Positions 11,958-27,142 of a stretch of DNA of 64,000 nt are shown one piece after another. This stretch comes from Eledone cirrhosa (taxonomy: Eukaryota): assembly GCA_964016885.1 (NCBI GenBank), contig OZ024765.1, positions 8,122,001 to 8,186,000 on the forward strand, read 5' to 3'. Each line of letters begins with the position of its first letter. The first letter of the stretch is position 1. Under the pieces are notes generated by a model, which saw only the letters and a list, made by a program, of their open reading frames with translations, was not told where the DNA came from and did not search any database. The position numbers and the translations under genes are program-made.

Positions 11958-11998
<41 letters not shown>

Positions 11999-12025
11999 TA
12001 TATACACATATAAACACACATACAC

Positions 12026-12056
<31 letters not shown>

Positions 12057-12262
12057 CACATATATACACACATACATATATATATATATATATACATATA
12101 TATATACACATATATACACACATACATATATATATATACATATACATATATACATATATATATATATATGCAGAGGTTATATTTAATTTGTTGGGATTCA
12201 ACAAGCTTAAACATTTTTATAACTGATATAAAGCACTCAACAAGTTAGTGGAGTAAATACAC

Positions 12263-12605
12263 AATATATTAATAAATGGAAATGAAACTTTATAAAACCA
12301 TATTTATTTTATTATACATATTTCAAGGGCAACCAAGGCAAATTATGGTGCGCTTTCATCAGATAAAATACAGATTTGTTTTATAAATAAATATTGACAT
12401 ACCCGGAAAAAAAGACAACCTTAGCGGTTGGAGCTTTCTGGATTGTTACGGTTGTCTTTTTTTCCAGGTATGTCAATATTTATTTATAAAACAAATCTGT
12501 ATTTTATCTGATGAAAGTGCACCATAATTTGCCTTGGTGGCCCTTGAAATATGTATAATAAAATAAATATGGTTTTATCAATATAGTTTCCATTTATTAA
12601 TATAT

Positions 12606-12606
<1 letters not shown>
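12263..12606. repeat. Palindrome with ~155-bp arms, each containing a complete hammerhead
   Basis: Reverse-complement arms; spacer ~12421-12459. Confidence 0.9.
12501..12564 (+). ncRNA. Type I hammerhead ribozyme (mirror copy 12306-12369, -)
   Basis: ATTTTAT-CTGATGA-AAG.GCACCA...TGGTG.CCCTT-GAAA-TATGTAT-A-ATAAAAT; 7-bp stem I. Confidence 0.75.
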
Positions 12607-12648
<42 letters not shown>

Positions 12649-12650
12649 AC

Positions 12651-12714
<64 letters not shown>

Positions 12715-12950
12715 GTCGTCGTACGTCCGCTCTTCCCTGCTCCCATACATATATATGTGTATAAAAGACAAACAGAAATAACAAGCCAAGCGACACAGTA
12801 CAATGAAGAATTATGTTGTTAGTTTTATGCTTGACATAGTAGGAAAGTGTCACACATATATATGTGTGTGTGTGTGTATATATGTGTGTATATATATGTG
12901 TGTGTGTGTATATATATATGTGTGTGTGTATATGTGTGTATATATATGTG

Positions 12951-12983
<33 letters not shown>

Positions 12984-13070
12984 ATATATGTGTGTATATA
13001 TATGTGTGTGTGTATATGTGTGTGTGTATATATATATATATGTGTGTATATATATATGTATGTGTGTGTG

Positions 13071-13117
<47 letters not shown>

Positions 13118-13194
13118 GTGTGTGTGTATATATATATTTGTGTGTTTGTATATATATATATGTGTGTGTGAATATATGTGTGTGTGTATATATA

Positions 13195-13271
<77 letters not shown>

Positions 13272-13344
13272 ATATATATATTTGTGTGTTTGTATATATA
13301 TATATATGTGTGTGTGTATATATGTGTGTGTATATATATATATA

Positions 13345-13391
<47 letters not shown>

Positions 13392-13590
13392 ATATATATA
13401 TGTATGTGTGTGTGTATATATATATGTGTGTGTGTGTGTATATATATATATGTGTGTGTGTGTGTATATATATATATATTTGTGTGTTTGTATATATATA
13501 TATGTGTGTGTGTATATATGTGTGTGTATATATATGTGTGTGTGTGTATATATATATGTGTGTGTGTGTATATATATATGTATGTGTGTG

Positions 13591-13651
<61 letters not shown>

Positions 13652-14444
13652 ACATATATGTGTGTGTATATATATATATATATATGTGTATATATATATA
13701 TGTGTGTGTGTGTATGTGCATGTATATATATATATATGTGTATATATATGTGTGTGTATATATATATGTGTGTGTGTAAGACTATGTATGTGTTCCATAA
13801 TCTCTAATGGAAGAGAGATTGCCGAACATACACACTCACCCATAGACACACACACATACACTGACACATAAACACATACACATATACACATACACAGACA
13901 CATATATACATACACAGACACATATATACATACATAAGACATACAGACACACTCACACATATACACACACATACATGGAGACACATATGCACACACACAC
14001 ACCCAGACACACACACACACTCAGACACACACTCACTCATACACAGACACATATCTATACACACACACATACAAACTACTAAAATCTTTATTTACATCGA
14101 CCCGGACCTCCTGTGATACACAACCAGCTAACCACCGCTCCACCTCCAGCACAACCATCCCTCCACCTCCAACACAACCACCCCTCCAACACACCTCCAA
14201 CTCAACTACCCCTCCACCTCCAAACTAAACCCCACATCTACCTGAAAACCAGCCCACCTCCTAAAGAAACAACCCCTACTGCCTAAACAACCAGCCCTTT
14301 ACCTCAAAACCAAACCCCACCACCTCCAACAAAACTAACCAGGCCCCCACCCCGAAACCAACCAAACCAGCCCCTTATCTCCTAAACAAACAACAGACCC
14401 CACCTCAAGACCAGCCAAGCATCCCCCACTTTGAGACCACCAAC

Positions 14445-15445
14445 CAGCCTCTCACCTTCAAAACAAACAACCAGCCCCTCACCTTCAAAACAATAACCCC
14501 ACCCCCAAAACAAACAACCAGCCCCTCACCTGCAAAACAACAACAACCCCACCTCCAAAACAAACAACCAGCCCCTCACCTGCAAAACAACAATAACCCC
14601 ACCTCTAAAACAAACAACCAGCCCCTCACCTGCAAAACAACAATAACCCCACCTCCAAAACAAACAACCAGCCCCTCATTTGAAAAACAACAATAACCCC
14701 ACCTCCAAAACAAACAACCAGCCCCTCACCTGCAAAACAACAACAACCCCACCTCCAAAGCAAACAACCAGCCCCTCACCTGCAAAACAACAACAACCCC
14801 ACCTCCAAAGCAAACAACCAGCCCCTCACCTGCAAAACAACAACAACCCCACCTCCAAAGCAAACAACCAGCCCCTCACCTGCAAAACAACAACAACCCC
14901 ACCTCCAAAGCAAACAACCAGCCCCTCACCTGCAAAACAACAACAACCCCACCTCTAAAACAAACAACCAGCCCCTCACCTGCAAAACAACAACAACCCC
15001 ACCTCCAAAGCAAACAACCAGCCCCTCACCTGCAAAACAACAACAACCCCACCTCCAAAGCAAACAACCAGCCCCTCACCTGCAAAACAACAACAACCCC
15101 ACCTCTAAAACAAACAACCAGCCCCTCACCTGCAAAACAACAACAACCCCACCTCCAAAGCAAACAACCAGCCCCTCACCTGCAAAACAACAACAACCCC
15201 ACCTCCAAAGCAAACAACCAGCCCCTCACCTGCAAAACAACAACAACCCCACCTCTAAAACAAACAACCAGCCCCTCACCTGCAAAACAACAACAACCCC
15301 ACCTCCAAAGCAAACAACCAGCCCCTCACCTGCAAAACAACAACAACCCCACCTCCAAAGCAAACAACCAGCCCCTCACCTGCAAAACAACAACAACCCC
15401 ACCTCTAAAACAAACAACCAGCCCCTCACCTGCAAAACAACAACC
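14445..15445. repeat. 50-bp minisatellite, about 20 copies
   Basis: Unit CAAACAACCAGCCCCTCACCTGCAAAACAACAACAACCCCACCTCCAAAG; period 14761 to 14811. Confidence 0.95.
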
Positions 15446-15479
15446 ACAACAACAACAAGGAATTCTCTGCTCCACTTAC

Positions 15480-15630
15480 CTTTGATAATTACAGAAACCA
15501 CCACCTCCTCCACCACCACCGCTATTCCTACAGGTAAATATCGCTTGGTTTTCTTTAGGTTTGCGTCCCAAGATAATTTCAAAAATCTCATGTAGTAATA
15601 ACACATACAGACAAAACACCAGAATTTCTG
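15480..15630 (-). other. Candidate exon of a minus-strand gene (5'UTR or short coding)
   Basis: Unique sequence with acceptor TTCCCGTAG|CAG and consensus donor AAG|GTAAGT. Confidence 0.4.
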
Positions 15631-15904
15631 CTACGGGAATCATACATAGGGAAATAGTCCCGTGGGGGGAAGGGGCAAGAATTTCTGGATTTAAAAAAAA
15701 AATTTTTTTTGTATCTTTTGATTATATTTTTCTTTTTTTTTTCGTTTTTTTTTTGAAGTTTTCACAGATTTTTTTAAAAGTTTTTTTTTTCCTTTGATTA
15801 TGTTTTTCTATTTTGGGGGGTTTTGTTTGTTCATTAAGGGCTGCCGAAACGGGACATTAATTAATTAATTTTACGAAATAATTAATTAGTGATAGTAGTT
15901 ATAA

Positions 15905-16455
15905 TAATAATGGTTTCTGATTGAAGCTCAAGGCCAGGAATTTATTAATTTTTCTTTTGTGTGTACTGGGGGTGGCCTGTTGTGAGAAGGGAAAGTCGAT
16001 TAAATCAATCCAGTGTATTACTGGTACTTTATTTTATCGGCCCCACAATGTTATTGGTACTTTTTTTAACGACCCCAGTATGTAACTGGTATTGGTGTGT
16101 TACGTTATCGGCTCCAGTGTATTACTGGTACTTTTGGTTTATTTTATCAGTCCCAGAGTATTACTGGTACTTTTGGTTTATTTTATCAGACCCAGAGTAT
16201 TACTGGTACTTTTTTAACGACCCAGTGCATTACTGGTACTTTTGCTTTATTTTATCAGTCCCAGAGTATTACTGGTACTTTTTTAACGACCCAGTGCATT
16301 ACTGGTACTTTTGCTTTATTTTTCAACCCGAGTGTGTTACTGGTACTGGTATCTTATTTTATCGATCCCAGAGTATTACTGGTACTTTATTTTATCAATC
16401 CCCTGTAAAGATGAAAGCAAGGTCGCCCTCGGTGGGAATTGAACTCTGGATATAA
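15905..16455 (-). mobile_element. SINE family C with a tandemly amplified central domain
   Basis: About ten repeats of CCAG..TATTACTGGTACTTT between a B box (16434-16446) and the tail. Confidence 0.75.
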
Positions 16456-16574
16456 AGGGCTGCAATAATTCCTGATTTAAGCCCTAGGCCAGCAATTGTG
16501 AAAGGAGGCAAAAGACAATTATATAATTATATTGATCCGAGTTTGATAACGATAATAATAATATTATTATTGGT

Positions 16575-17050
16575 TTTTAATATAGGCCAAAGGCCAGCAA
16601 TTTTGAAGAGACGAAAGTCTTGTGTAAATATATTGATACCAGGTTGACAAGGGTTTTAATATAGGCCAAAGGCCAGCAATTTTGTAGAGACGAAAGTCTT
16701 GTGTAAATATATTGATACCAGTTTGATGACAAGGGTTTTAATATAGGCCAAAGGCCAGCAATTTTGTAGAGACGAAAGTCTTGTGTAAATATATTGATAC
16801 CAGTTTGATGACAAGGGTTTTAATATAGGCCAAAGGCCAGCAATTTTGTAGAGACGAAAGTCTTGTGTAAATATATTGATACCAGTTTGATGACAAGGGT
16901 TTTAATATAGGCCAAAGGCCAGCAATTTTGTAGAGACGAAAGTCTTGTGTAAATATATTGATACCAGTTTGATGACAAGGGTTTTAATATAGGCCAAAGG
17001 CCAGCAATTTTGTAGAGACGAAAGTCTTGTGTAAATATATTGATACCTGG
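16575..17050. repeat. 82-bp minisatellite, about 6 copies, seeded from a SINE C tail
   Basis: Period 16741, 16823, 16905. Contains AAGGCCAGCAATT, which matches the SINE C 3' end. Confidence 0.9.
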
Positions 17051-17189
17051 TTGATAATAATAATAACTATAGTGTTATTATCAATATAGGTTTCTGATTT
17101 AGGCACAAGGCCAGAAATTTTCAGAGAGGTGAACTGAAGTAGGGCAAGGGGTGAGTAGAGAAGTGGTTTAAATTCAACCCTACCCTTAC

Positions 17190-17550
17190 CAACAACATCA
17201 ATAACAATCCTATTTATGTTATATTATTGCTTTTTTTTTTTGTAGCCACTTCCTTGTTAGTTTGGTTCCGTTTGATTCAGTTTAATTCGGTTTGGTTCAG
17301 TAATCTTGTTATTCTTTTAAGGTGTTTCCTTTTTCATAAATATATCCTCCTTTGCTTTTTGTCCAAATATTTGTAAATATTTTCCGTGGTGTTTTTGTAG
17401 TAGGTTTTTGTTTTTTTTTTTAAATGTTTTTCTTATTTATATATCTCCACAACTCCGGTAGTTGGTGTAAGTAGTTTTCTTGCTTTTCTTACAAATAAAT
17501 ATATTTTCCTTTTACACCGGATTCTCTTTCTGTGAGTGTCTGTTGCTATT
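17190..17550 (-). other. Candidate first (5'UTR) exon
   Basis: A-rich unique sequence ending ATGTTGTTG|GTAAGG; 5' boundary uncertain. Confidence 0.3.
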
Positions 17551-17735
17551 ACCTATCTATCTATCTAGCTATCTATCTATCTAGCTATATCAAGGAATCT
17601 GGGCATTTCAAGAATCTAAGAAGGCATGTTTCCTTATCTATCTATCTATATTTTTTACACGAATGTATGTAAAATCCCCGGCATGTGTCTTTGTATTGTC
17701 CCCTTTTCTTGTGCGCCCTTGTGGCAAATAAAGAA

Positions 17736-17768
<33 letters not shown>

Positions 17769-18377
17769 CATGTCTGTTTATGTATTTGTCTGTCTTACTA
17801 TATAAAAACACATGTGTTCAGTCTGTCTGTCTATCTGTTTGCCTGTCTGTTTGTCTATCTGTCTGTCTGTCTATGTCAGTCTGTCTATCAGCTTGTCTAT
17901 CTATCAGCCTGTCTATCTATCAGCCTGTCTATCTATCTGTCTGTCTATCAGCCTGTCAGTCTATCTATCTGTCTGTCTGTCTGTCTATCTATCTCTCTCT
18001 CTATATATACAAGTGTACCGTCTGTCACCACATCTAACCATCTAACCGTCTGTCCATCTGTCTATCTATCAGTACTATATCCACCACCTTAGCGTGTAGT
18101 GTTGTCTGTGTAAATGTGAATACAAACTACCTTACCTCTCTCCAACTAGCTAGCCCTGTAACAACAACGACGACAACAACAGCAGCAATGGTGTTGTGGT
18201 TGTTGTTGTTGGTAGTGGTGGTGGTGGTGGTGGTAGTGGTGGTGGTGGTGGTAGTGGTGGTGGTGGTAGTGGTAGTGGTGGTGGTAGTGGTGGTGGTGGT
18301 GGTGGTGTTGTCTTCAATTTCGTTTCTCCGTCCACCTAACTATTTCTCAGTCTATCTAGTTATTTTGTCGTTTAATC

Positions 18378-18391
18378 ACACAATCCTTCTT

Positions 18392-18425
<34 letters not shown>

Positions 18426-18510
18426 TCTCTCTCTCTCACACACACACAATCCTTCTTTCTCTCTCTCTCTCTCTCACACACACACACTCCTTCTCTCTCT
18501 CTCACACATA

Positions 18511-18544
<34 letters not shown>

Positions 18545-18620
18545 ATCCTTCTTTCTCTCTCTCTCACACACACACACACAATCCTTTCTCTCTCTCTCAC
18601 ACACACACACACACACTCCT

Positions 18621-18652
<32 letters not shown>

Positions 18653-18656
18653 TCCT

Positions 18657-18688
<32 letters not shown>

Positions 18689-18692
18689 TCCT

Positions 18693-18724
<32 letters not shown>

Positions 18725-18927
18725 TCCTTCTCTCTCTCTCTCTCACACACACACACTCCTCTCTCTCTCTCACACACACACAATCCTTCTTTCTCTCTCA
18801 CACACACACACACAATCCTTCTTTCTCTCTCTCACACACACACACACACACTCCTTCTCTCTCTCTCTCTCTCTCTCACATACACACACACTCCTTCTCT
18901 CTCTCTCTCACACACACACACACTCCT

Positions 18928-18961
<34 letters not shown>

Positions 18962-19257
18962 TCCTTCTCTCTCTCTCTCACACACTCTCTCTCTCTCTCA
19001 CACACACACAATCCTTCTTTCTCTCTCTCTCACACACACACTCCTTCTCTCTCTCTCTCACACACACACTCCTTCTCTCTCTCTCTCACACACACTCTCT
19101 CTCTCTCTCTCTCTATCTCTTCCTCACACACACACACTCTCTCTCTCTATCTATCCCTTCCTCACACACACACTCTCTCTCTATCTCTTCCTCACACACA
19201 CACTCTCTCTCTCTATCCCTTCCTCACACACACACACACACTCTCTCTCTATCTCTT

Positions 19258-19296
<39 letters not shown>

Positions 19297-20600
19297 CTCC
19301 CACTCTCTCTATCTCTTCCTCACACACACACACACACACACTCTCTCTCTATCACACACTCACTCTCTCTCTCTCTCTCTTCCTCACACACACACACACT
19401 CTTTCTCTCTCTCTTCCTCACACACACACTCTCTCTCTCTCTCTCTCCCCTCCTCACACACACACACTCTCTCTCTCTCACACACACATACACACACACT
19501 CTTTCTCCTTCCCTCTCTCTCACACACACAAACACAACCATACACGTGCTCACACACACCTACCACCACCACCCTCTCTCACAGACACGTGCAGACACAC
19601 ACACACACACACACACATACAGAGGTACACACACATACACACACACACCTATCACTGTCACTCTCTCACACACACACACCTACCACCATCACTCTCTCAC
19701 ACACACACGTGTAAACACACACACACCTATCACTGTCACTTCCTCTTTCTCACACACACACACACAAATATTCACACACAGACAGACACAAGCACACATA
19801 TCTCTCTCTCTCTATCTCCCTCACACTCTCTCTCTTACACAAACATACAGTCTCTCTCTCTCTCTCTACTTCTATCTCTCTCCCCTCCCTCCCCCTCTCT
19901 CTCTATATATATATCTTTATTTCTCTCCCTCATACTCTCCCTCCCCCCTCTCTCTCTATATATATATCTTTAACTCTCTCTCACCCTCCCCCTCTCTCTC
20001 CCTCCCCCCTCTCTCTCTATATATATATATCTTTAACTCTCTCTCCCCCCTCGCTCTATATATATATATATCTTTATCTCTCCCCCCCCCCTATATATAT
20101 ATATATATATATCTTTATCTCTCACTCTCCCACCCCCCTCTATATATATATATATCTTTATCTCTCTCTCCCCTCTCTCTCTATATATATATATATCTTT
20201 TCTCTATATATATATATCTTTAACTCTCTCCCCCCCCCCTCTCTCTATATATATATATATCTTTAACTCTCTCCCCCCCCTCGCTCTATATATATATATA
20301 TCTTTATCTCTCCCCTCCCCCTATATATATATATATCTTTATCTCTCACTCTCCCACCCCCCTCTATATATATATATATATCTTTATCTCTCTCTCCCCT
20401 CTCTCTCTATATATATATCTTTTCTCTCTCTATATATATATATCTTTAACTCTCTCCCTCCCCCCTCTCTCTCTATATATATATATATATCTTTATCTCA
20501 CACTCTCCCCCCCTCTCTATATATATATATCTTGATCTCTCCATCTATAAATATATCTTTATCTCTCTCTCTCCCTCCCCCCCCTCTCTGTCTTTATCTT
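18378..20600. repeat. Compound (CT)n/(CA)n/(TA)n low-complexity tract
   Basis: Seen directly. Confidence 0.95.
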
Positions 20601-20713
20601 TCCAGCTACCTTAACCATGTCTGATTCTCCCTCTCAGTTATATACACACATACACACACACACATACACACACATATACACACATACACACATATATATA
20701 TATATACACACAT

Positions 20714-20750
<37 letters not shown>

Positions 20751-20775
20751 CACACACATATATGTATACACACAT

Positions 20776-20815
<40 letters not shown>

Positions 20816-20859
20816 ACACACATATATGTATACACACATACACACATATATATATATAT

Positions 20860-20892
<33 letters not shown>

Positions 20893-20905
20893 CACACATA
20901 CACAC

Positions 20906-20936
<31 letters not shown>

Positions 20937-22890
20937 TATATATATACACACATACACAAATATATATATATATACACACATACACAAATATATATATATA
21001 CACACACATACACACATATATATATATACACACATACACACATATATATATATATACACATACATACACATAAATATATATATAAATACACATACACACA
21101 TTTATATATATATACACATACACACACATATATATACACTCATACACATATATATATATATATATACACACATACACATATATAAATATATACACACATA
21201 CATACATTTATATATATATACACACATACACACACATATATATATATACACACATATACACATATATATATACACACATACACACACATATATATATACA
21301 CACATACACACATATATACACACATATATATACACACATACACACATATATACACACATATATATATACACATACACACATATATACACACATACATACA
21401 CACATATATACACAAATATATATATATACACACATATATATACACATATACATACACATATATATATACACATATACATACACACATATATATACACATA
21501 CACATACACACATATACACGCACACACACATATATATATACACACATATATACATACACATATACACACACACATATACACGCACACACATATATACACA
21601 CATATATATATACACATACATCATCATCATCTTCGTTTAACATCCATCTTCCACACTAGCATGGGTTAGACGGGAGTTGTCCCACTTGAGGCAAGGTTGG
21701 TCAGGTGACTATGTCTTGCTCATATAGGACTATCTGGCAGGTTTTCTACGGCTGGATGCCCCTCCTAACACCAACCACATTTACAGTGTGGACTGGGAGG
21801 TTTTTACCATGTTACCTACATGGCCACATTACAGCGTGGACTGTGTTTTTTTCTCATGACACATACACTCATATATACACATATATATATATACACAGAC
21901 ATATATATACACACATATATACACATATATATATATACACAGACATATATATACACATATATATACACATATATATATATACACAGACATATATATACAC
22001 ATATATATACACACATGTATATATACACAAACATATATATACACATATATATACACATATATATATATATACACAGACATATATATACACATATATATAC
22101 ACATATATATATATACACAGACATATATATACACATATATATACACATATATATATATACACAAACATATATATACACATATATATACACATATATATAT
22201 ATACACAGACATATATATACACATATATATACACATATATATATATACACAGACATATATATACACATATATATACACATATATATATATACACAGACAT
22301 ATATATACACATATATATACACACATATATATATATACACAGACATATATATACACATATATATACACACATATATATATATACACAAACATATATATAC
22401 ACATATATATACACATATATATATACACAGACATATATATACACATATATATATACACAGACATATATATACACATATATATACACATATATATATACAC
22501 AGACATATATATACACATATATATACACATATATATATATACACAGACATATATATACACATATATATACACATATATATATACACAGACATATATATAC
22601 ACATTTATATACACATATATATATATACACAGACATATATATACACATATATATACACATATATATATATATACACAGACATATATATACACATATATAT
22701 ACACATATATATATACACAGACATATATATACACATATATATACACACATATATATATATACATACATATATATCCTGAATGAAACAGTTCTAGTTCTGT
22801 AGAAGCCATTTCTATATTAAACATTGTATACACTCTACTAATGTATTGAGTACCTTGCTGTGGTTACCTCCGATTGAACCAGGGATAAAC

Positions 22891-22904
<14 letters not shown>

Positions 22905-22921
<17 letters not shown>

Positions 22922-25458
22922 ATCTTACACACACACTATATCTTACACACACACTATATCTTACACACACACTATATCTTACACACACACTATATCTTAC
23001 ACACACACACACACTATATCTTACACACACATACTATATCTTACACACACACACACACTATATCTTACACACACACACACACTATATCTTACACACACTA
23101 TATATTACACACACACACTATATCTTACACACACACACACTATATCTTACACACACACTATATCTTACACACACATACACTATATCTTACACACACTATA
23201 TCTTACACACACACTATATCTTACACACACATACACTATATCTTACACACACACTATATCTTACACACACATACACTATATCTTACACACACACACACTA
23301 TATCTTACACACACTATATCTTACACACACACTATATCTTACACACACATACACTATATCTTACACACACACACACTATATCTTACACACACTATATCTT
23401 ACACACACATACACTATATCTTACACACACTATATCTTACACACACACACACTATATCTTACACACACACACTATATCTTACACACACACTATATCTTAC
23501 ACACACACACTATATCTTACACACACACTATATCTTACACACAAAACACTATATCTTACACACACACACACTATATCTTACACACACTATATCTTACACA
23601 CACACTATATCTTACACACACACTATATCTTACACACACATACACTATATCTTACACACACACACACTATATCTTACACACACACTATATCTTACACACA
23701 CACACTATATCTTACACACACACACTATATCTTACACACACACTATATCTTACACACACACACACTATATCTTACACACACACTATATCTTACACACACA
23801 CACTATATCTTACACACACACACACTATATCTTACACACACACTATATCTTACACACACACTATATCTTACACACACACTATATATTACACACACACACT
23901 ATATCTTACACACACACACACTATATCTTACACACACACTATATCTTACACACACACTATATCTTACACACACACACTATATCTTACACACACACTATAT
24001 CTTACACACACACACACTATATCTTACACACACACACACTATATCTTACACACACACACACTATATCTTACACACACACACACTATATCTTACACACACA
24101 CACACTATAACACACACACACACTATATCTTACACACACACTATATCTTACACACACACTATATCTTACACACACACACACACTATATCTTACACACACA
24201 CTATATCTTACACACACACACTATATCTTACACACACACACACTATATCTTACACACACTATATCTTACACACACACACACTATATCTTACACACACACT
24301 ATATCTTACACACCCACTATATCTTACACACACACTATATCTTACACACACACACTATATTTTACACACACACTATATCTTACACACACACACTATATCT
24401 TACACACACACACACTATATCTTACACACACACTATATCTTACACACACACTATATCTTACACACACACACACTATATCTTACACACACTATATCTTACA
24501 CACACATACACTATATCTTACACACACACACACTATATCTTACACACACACTATATCTTACACACACACTATATCTTACACACACACACTATATCTTACA
24601 CACACACACTATATCTTACACACACACTATATCTTACACACATACACTATATCTTACACACACACTATATCTTACACACACACTATATCTTACACACACA
24701 CACACACTATATCTTACACACACACACACACTATATCTTACACACACACTATATCTTACACACACACTATATCTTACACACACACACTATATCTTACACA
24801 CACACTATATCTTACACACCCACTATATCTTACACACACACTATATCTTACACACACACACTATATCTTACACACACACTATATCTTACACACACACACT
24901 ATATCTTACACACACACACACTATATCTTACACACACACACACTATATCTTACACACACACTATATCTTACACACACACTATATCTTACACACACACTAT
25001 ATCTTACACACACACACACTATAACACACACACACACTATATCTTACACACACACACACTATATCTTACACACACACTATATCTTACACACACACTATAT
25101 CTTACACACACACACACTATATCTTACACACACACTATATCTTACACACACACACTATATCTTACACACACACACTATATCTTACACACACACACACACT
25201 ATATCTTACACACACTATATCTTACACACACTATATCTTACACACACACTATATCTTACACACACACACACTATATCTTACACACACTATATCTTACACA
25301 CACACGCTATATCTTACACACACTATAACACACACACACACTATATCTTACACACACACTATATCTTACACACACACACACTATATCTTACACACACACT
25401 ATATCTTACACACACACTATATCTTACACACACACACACTATATCTTACACACACACA
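22905..25458. repeat. Compound satellite [CTATATCTTA(CA)n], 2.5 kb
   Basis: Constant 10-mer separated by variable-length CA runs; source of the 943-aa pseudo-ORF. Confidence 0.97.
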
Positions 25459-25700
25459 CGCTCCTTTCAATCTCTCTCACTTTGTTACACTCCCTATCTT
25501 TCCCACTCTCTCCTACCCTACCACCACCACCCTATCCCTCAACACCACCGCCACCACAACACCAGCTCCCCCTCCCCCACCATACCACCACCACCCTATC
25601 CCTCAACACCACCGCCACCACAACACCAGCTGTCCCACACTGTCCTTCACTCTCCAGTATTTGTGTTGACTCCTTAACATCCTTCAGCACACACATATAT

Positions 25701-25743
<43 letters not shown>

Positions 25744-25869
25744 TATATAGATATATATATGCATATATATATATATATGCATATATATGCATATATATAT
25801 ATATATGCATATATATATATATATATGCATATATATATATATATATATGCATATATATATATATATATA

Positions 25870-25905
<36 letters not shown>

Positions 25906-25924
25906 TATATATATATATATATGC

Positions 25925-25999
<75 letters not shown>

Positions 26000-26003
26000 C
26001 ATA

Positions 26004-26037
<34 letters not shown>

Positions 26038-26132
26038 CATATATATATATATACATACATATACATATATATACATACATATACATATATATATATATAC
26101 ATACATATACATATATATATATATATACATAC

Positions 26133-26164
<32 letters not shown>

Positions 26165-26320
26165 ATACATATACATATATATATATATACATACATATAC
26201 ATATATATATATATACATACATATACATATATATATACATACATATACATATATATATATACATATACATATATATATATATATACATGTATATGTATGT
26301 ATATATGTATGAATGTATGT

Positions 26321-26645
26321 ACATGGCTTAGTGGTTAGAGCATTGGCCTTGCAATCGAATGGTTGTGAGTTCAATTCTCAGACCGGGTGATGTGTTGTTT
26401 CCTTGAGCAAGACACTTTATTTCACATTGCTCCAGTTTACTCAGCTGTAGAAATGAGATGATAGGGACTGGGGTCCATATCATTCCACTGCAAAGTGGTC
26501 GTGGAGGTGCCACGGCAAAAAAGCACCCAGCACTCACTGTAAATGAGGTTGGTGTTAGGAAGGGCATCCAGCTGTAGAGATCAAGCCAGAATCAGTTCCC
26601 GTCCCACCCTTGCAAGCAGGGAAAAGCGGACATAAAATGATGATG
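26321..26645 (+). mobile_element. SINE family A
   Basis: Same structure as 9529-9868. Confidence 0.9.
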
Positions 26646-26759
26646 TTAATAAAATGAAGGTTAACTTTGCCTTTCATCCTTACGGGGTCGATAAAATAAA
26701 GTACCAGTAATGCACTGGGATAATTGCTGGCCTTGTGCCAATAGTAGAAACAATTATTT

Positions 26760-27085
26760 TTACATAAGAGAAGATTTAGTGGTAGTTGAGAATGTTTTAC
26801 GGTCTTCGGTAATGATCTGTAAAACAAATTGTTTCTCAGTTTCATCTTTTGTGACAATGTTATTGTAATCCTGAATGAGTTTGACACCTCTTTCTACATC
26901 ATTCACAACAACTGTGTCTTCTCAAGTTTTTCAAGCCCACTTTTGGAACCAGGATCATCCTTCCATGTTGAAGGGTCTTTGTCGAGGAAATCGGTGCTGA
27001 TAGAAAATCTTGTGAAGAATGTTTTTGTACCAGGAGTTACAAAAGACGAAAACTCGATGTTTGTAAAGGAAGAGAAGTCATTTTA
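26760..27085 (-). pseudogene. Frameshifted C-terminal fragment of a DNA transposase (hAT-like, probably hATm type)
   Basis: FVTPGTKTFFTRFSISTDFLDKDPSTWKDDP...(frameshift)VVNDVERGVKLIQDYNNIVTKDETEKQFVLQIITEDRK...LM*. The VVNDxAERGVKL-type motif is recognised from memory, not from a search. Confidence 0.65.
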
Positions 27086-27142
27086 GTGCAGAATCTATTT
27101 TTTCAGTTGATTTTTTTCATCTTTGTCTGAAACATTATTATA

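Noticed and set aside
14073-14110. Possible terminal exon on the minus strand (CACAG acceptor, TAA, AATAAA)
   Set aside because: The acceptor lacks a polypyrimidine tract and the frame cannot be fixed. The same weakness applies to 2555-2602 (VNHDTAHLLIRPWLD*).
22905-25458. CRISPR-like look of a constant 10-mer with variable spacers (also 31245-32100 and the 50-, 74- and 82-bp arrays)
   Set aside because: Spacers are only (CA)n or (GTT)n length variants, or absent; there are no cas genes and the context is eukaryotic.
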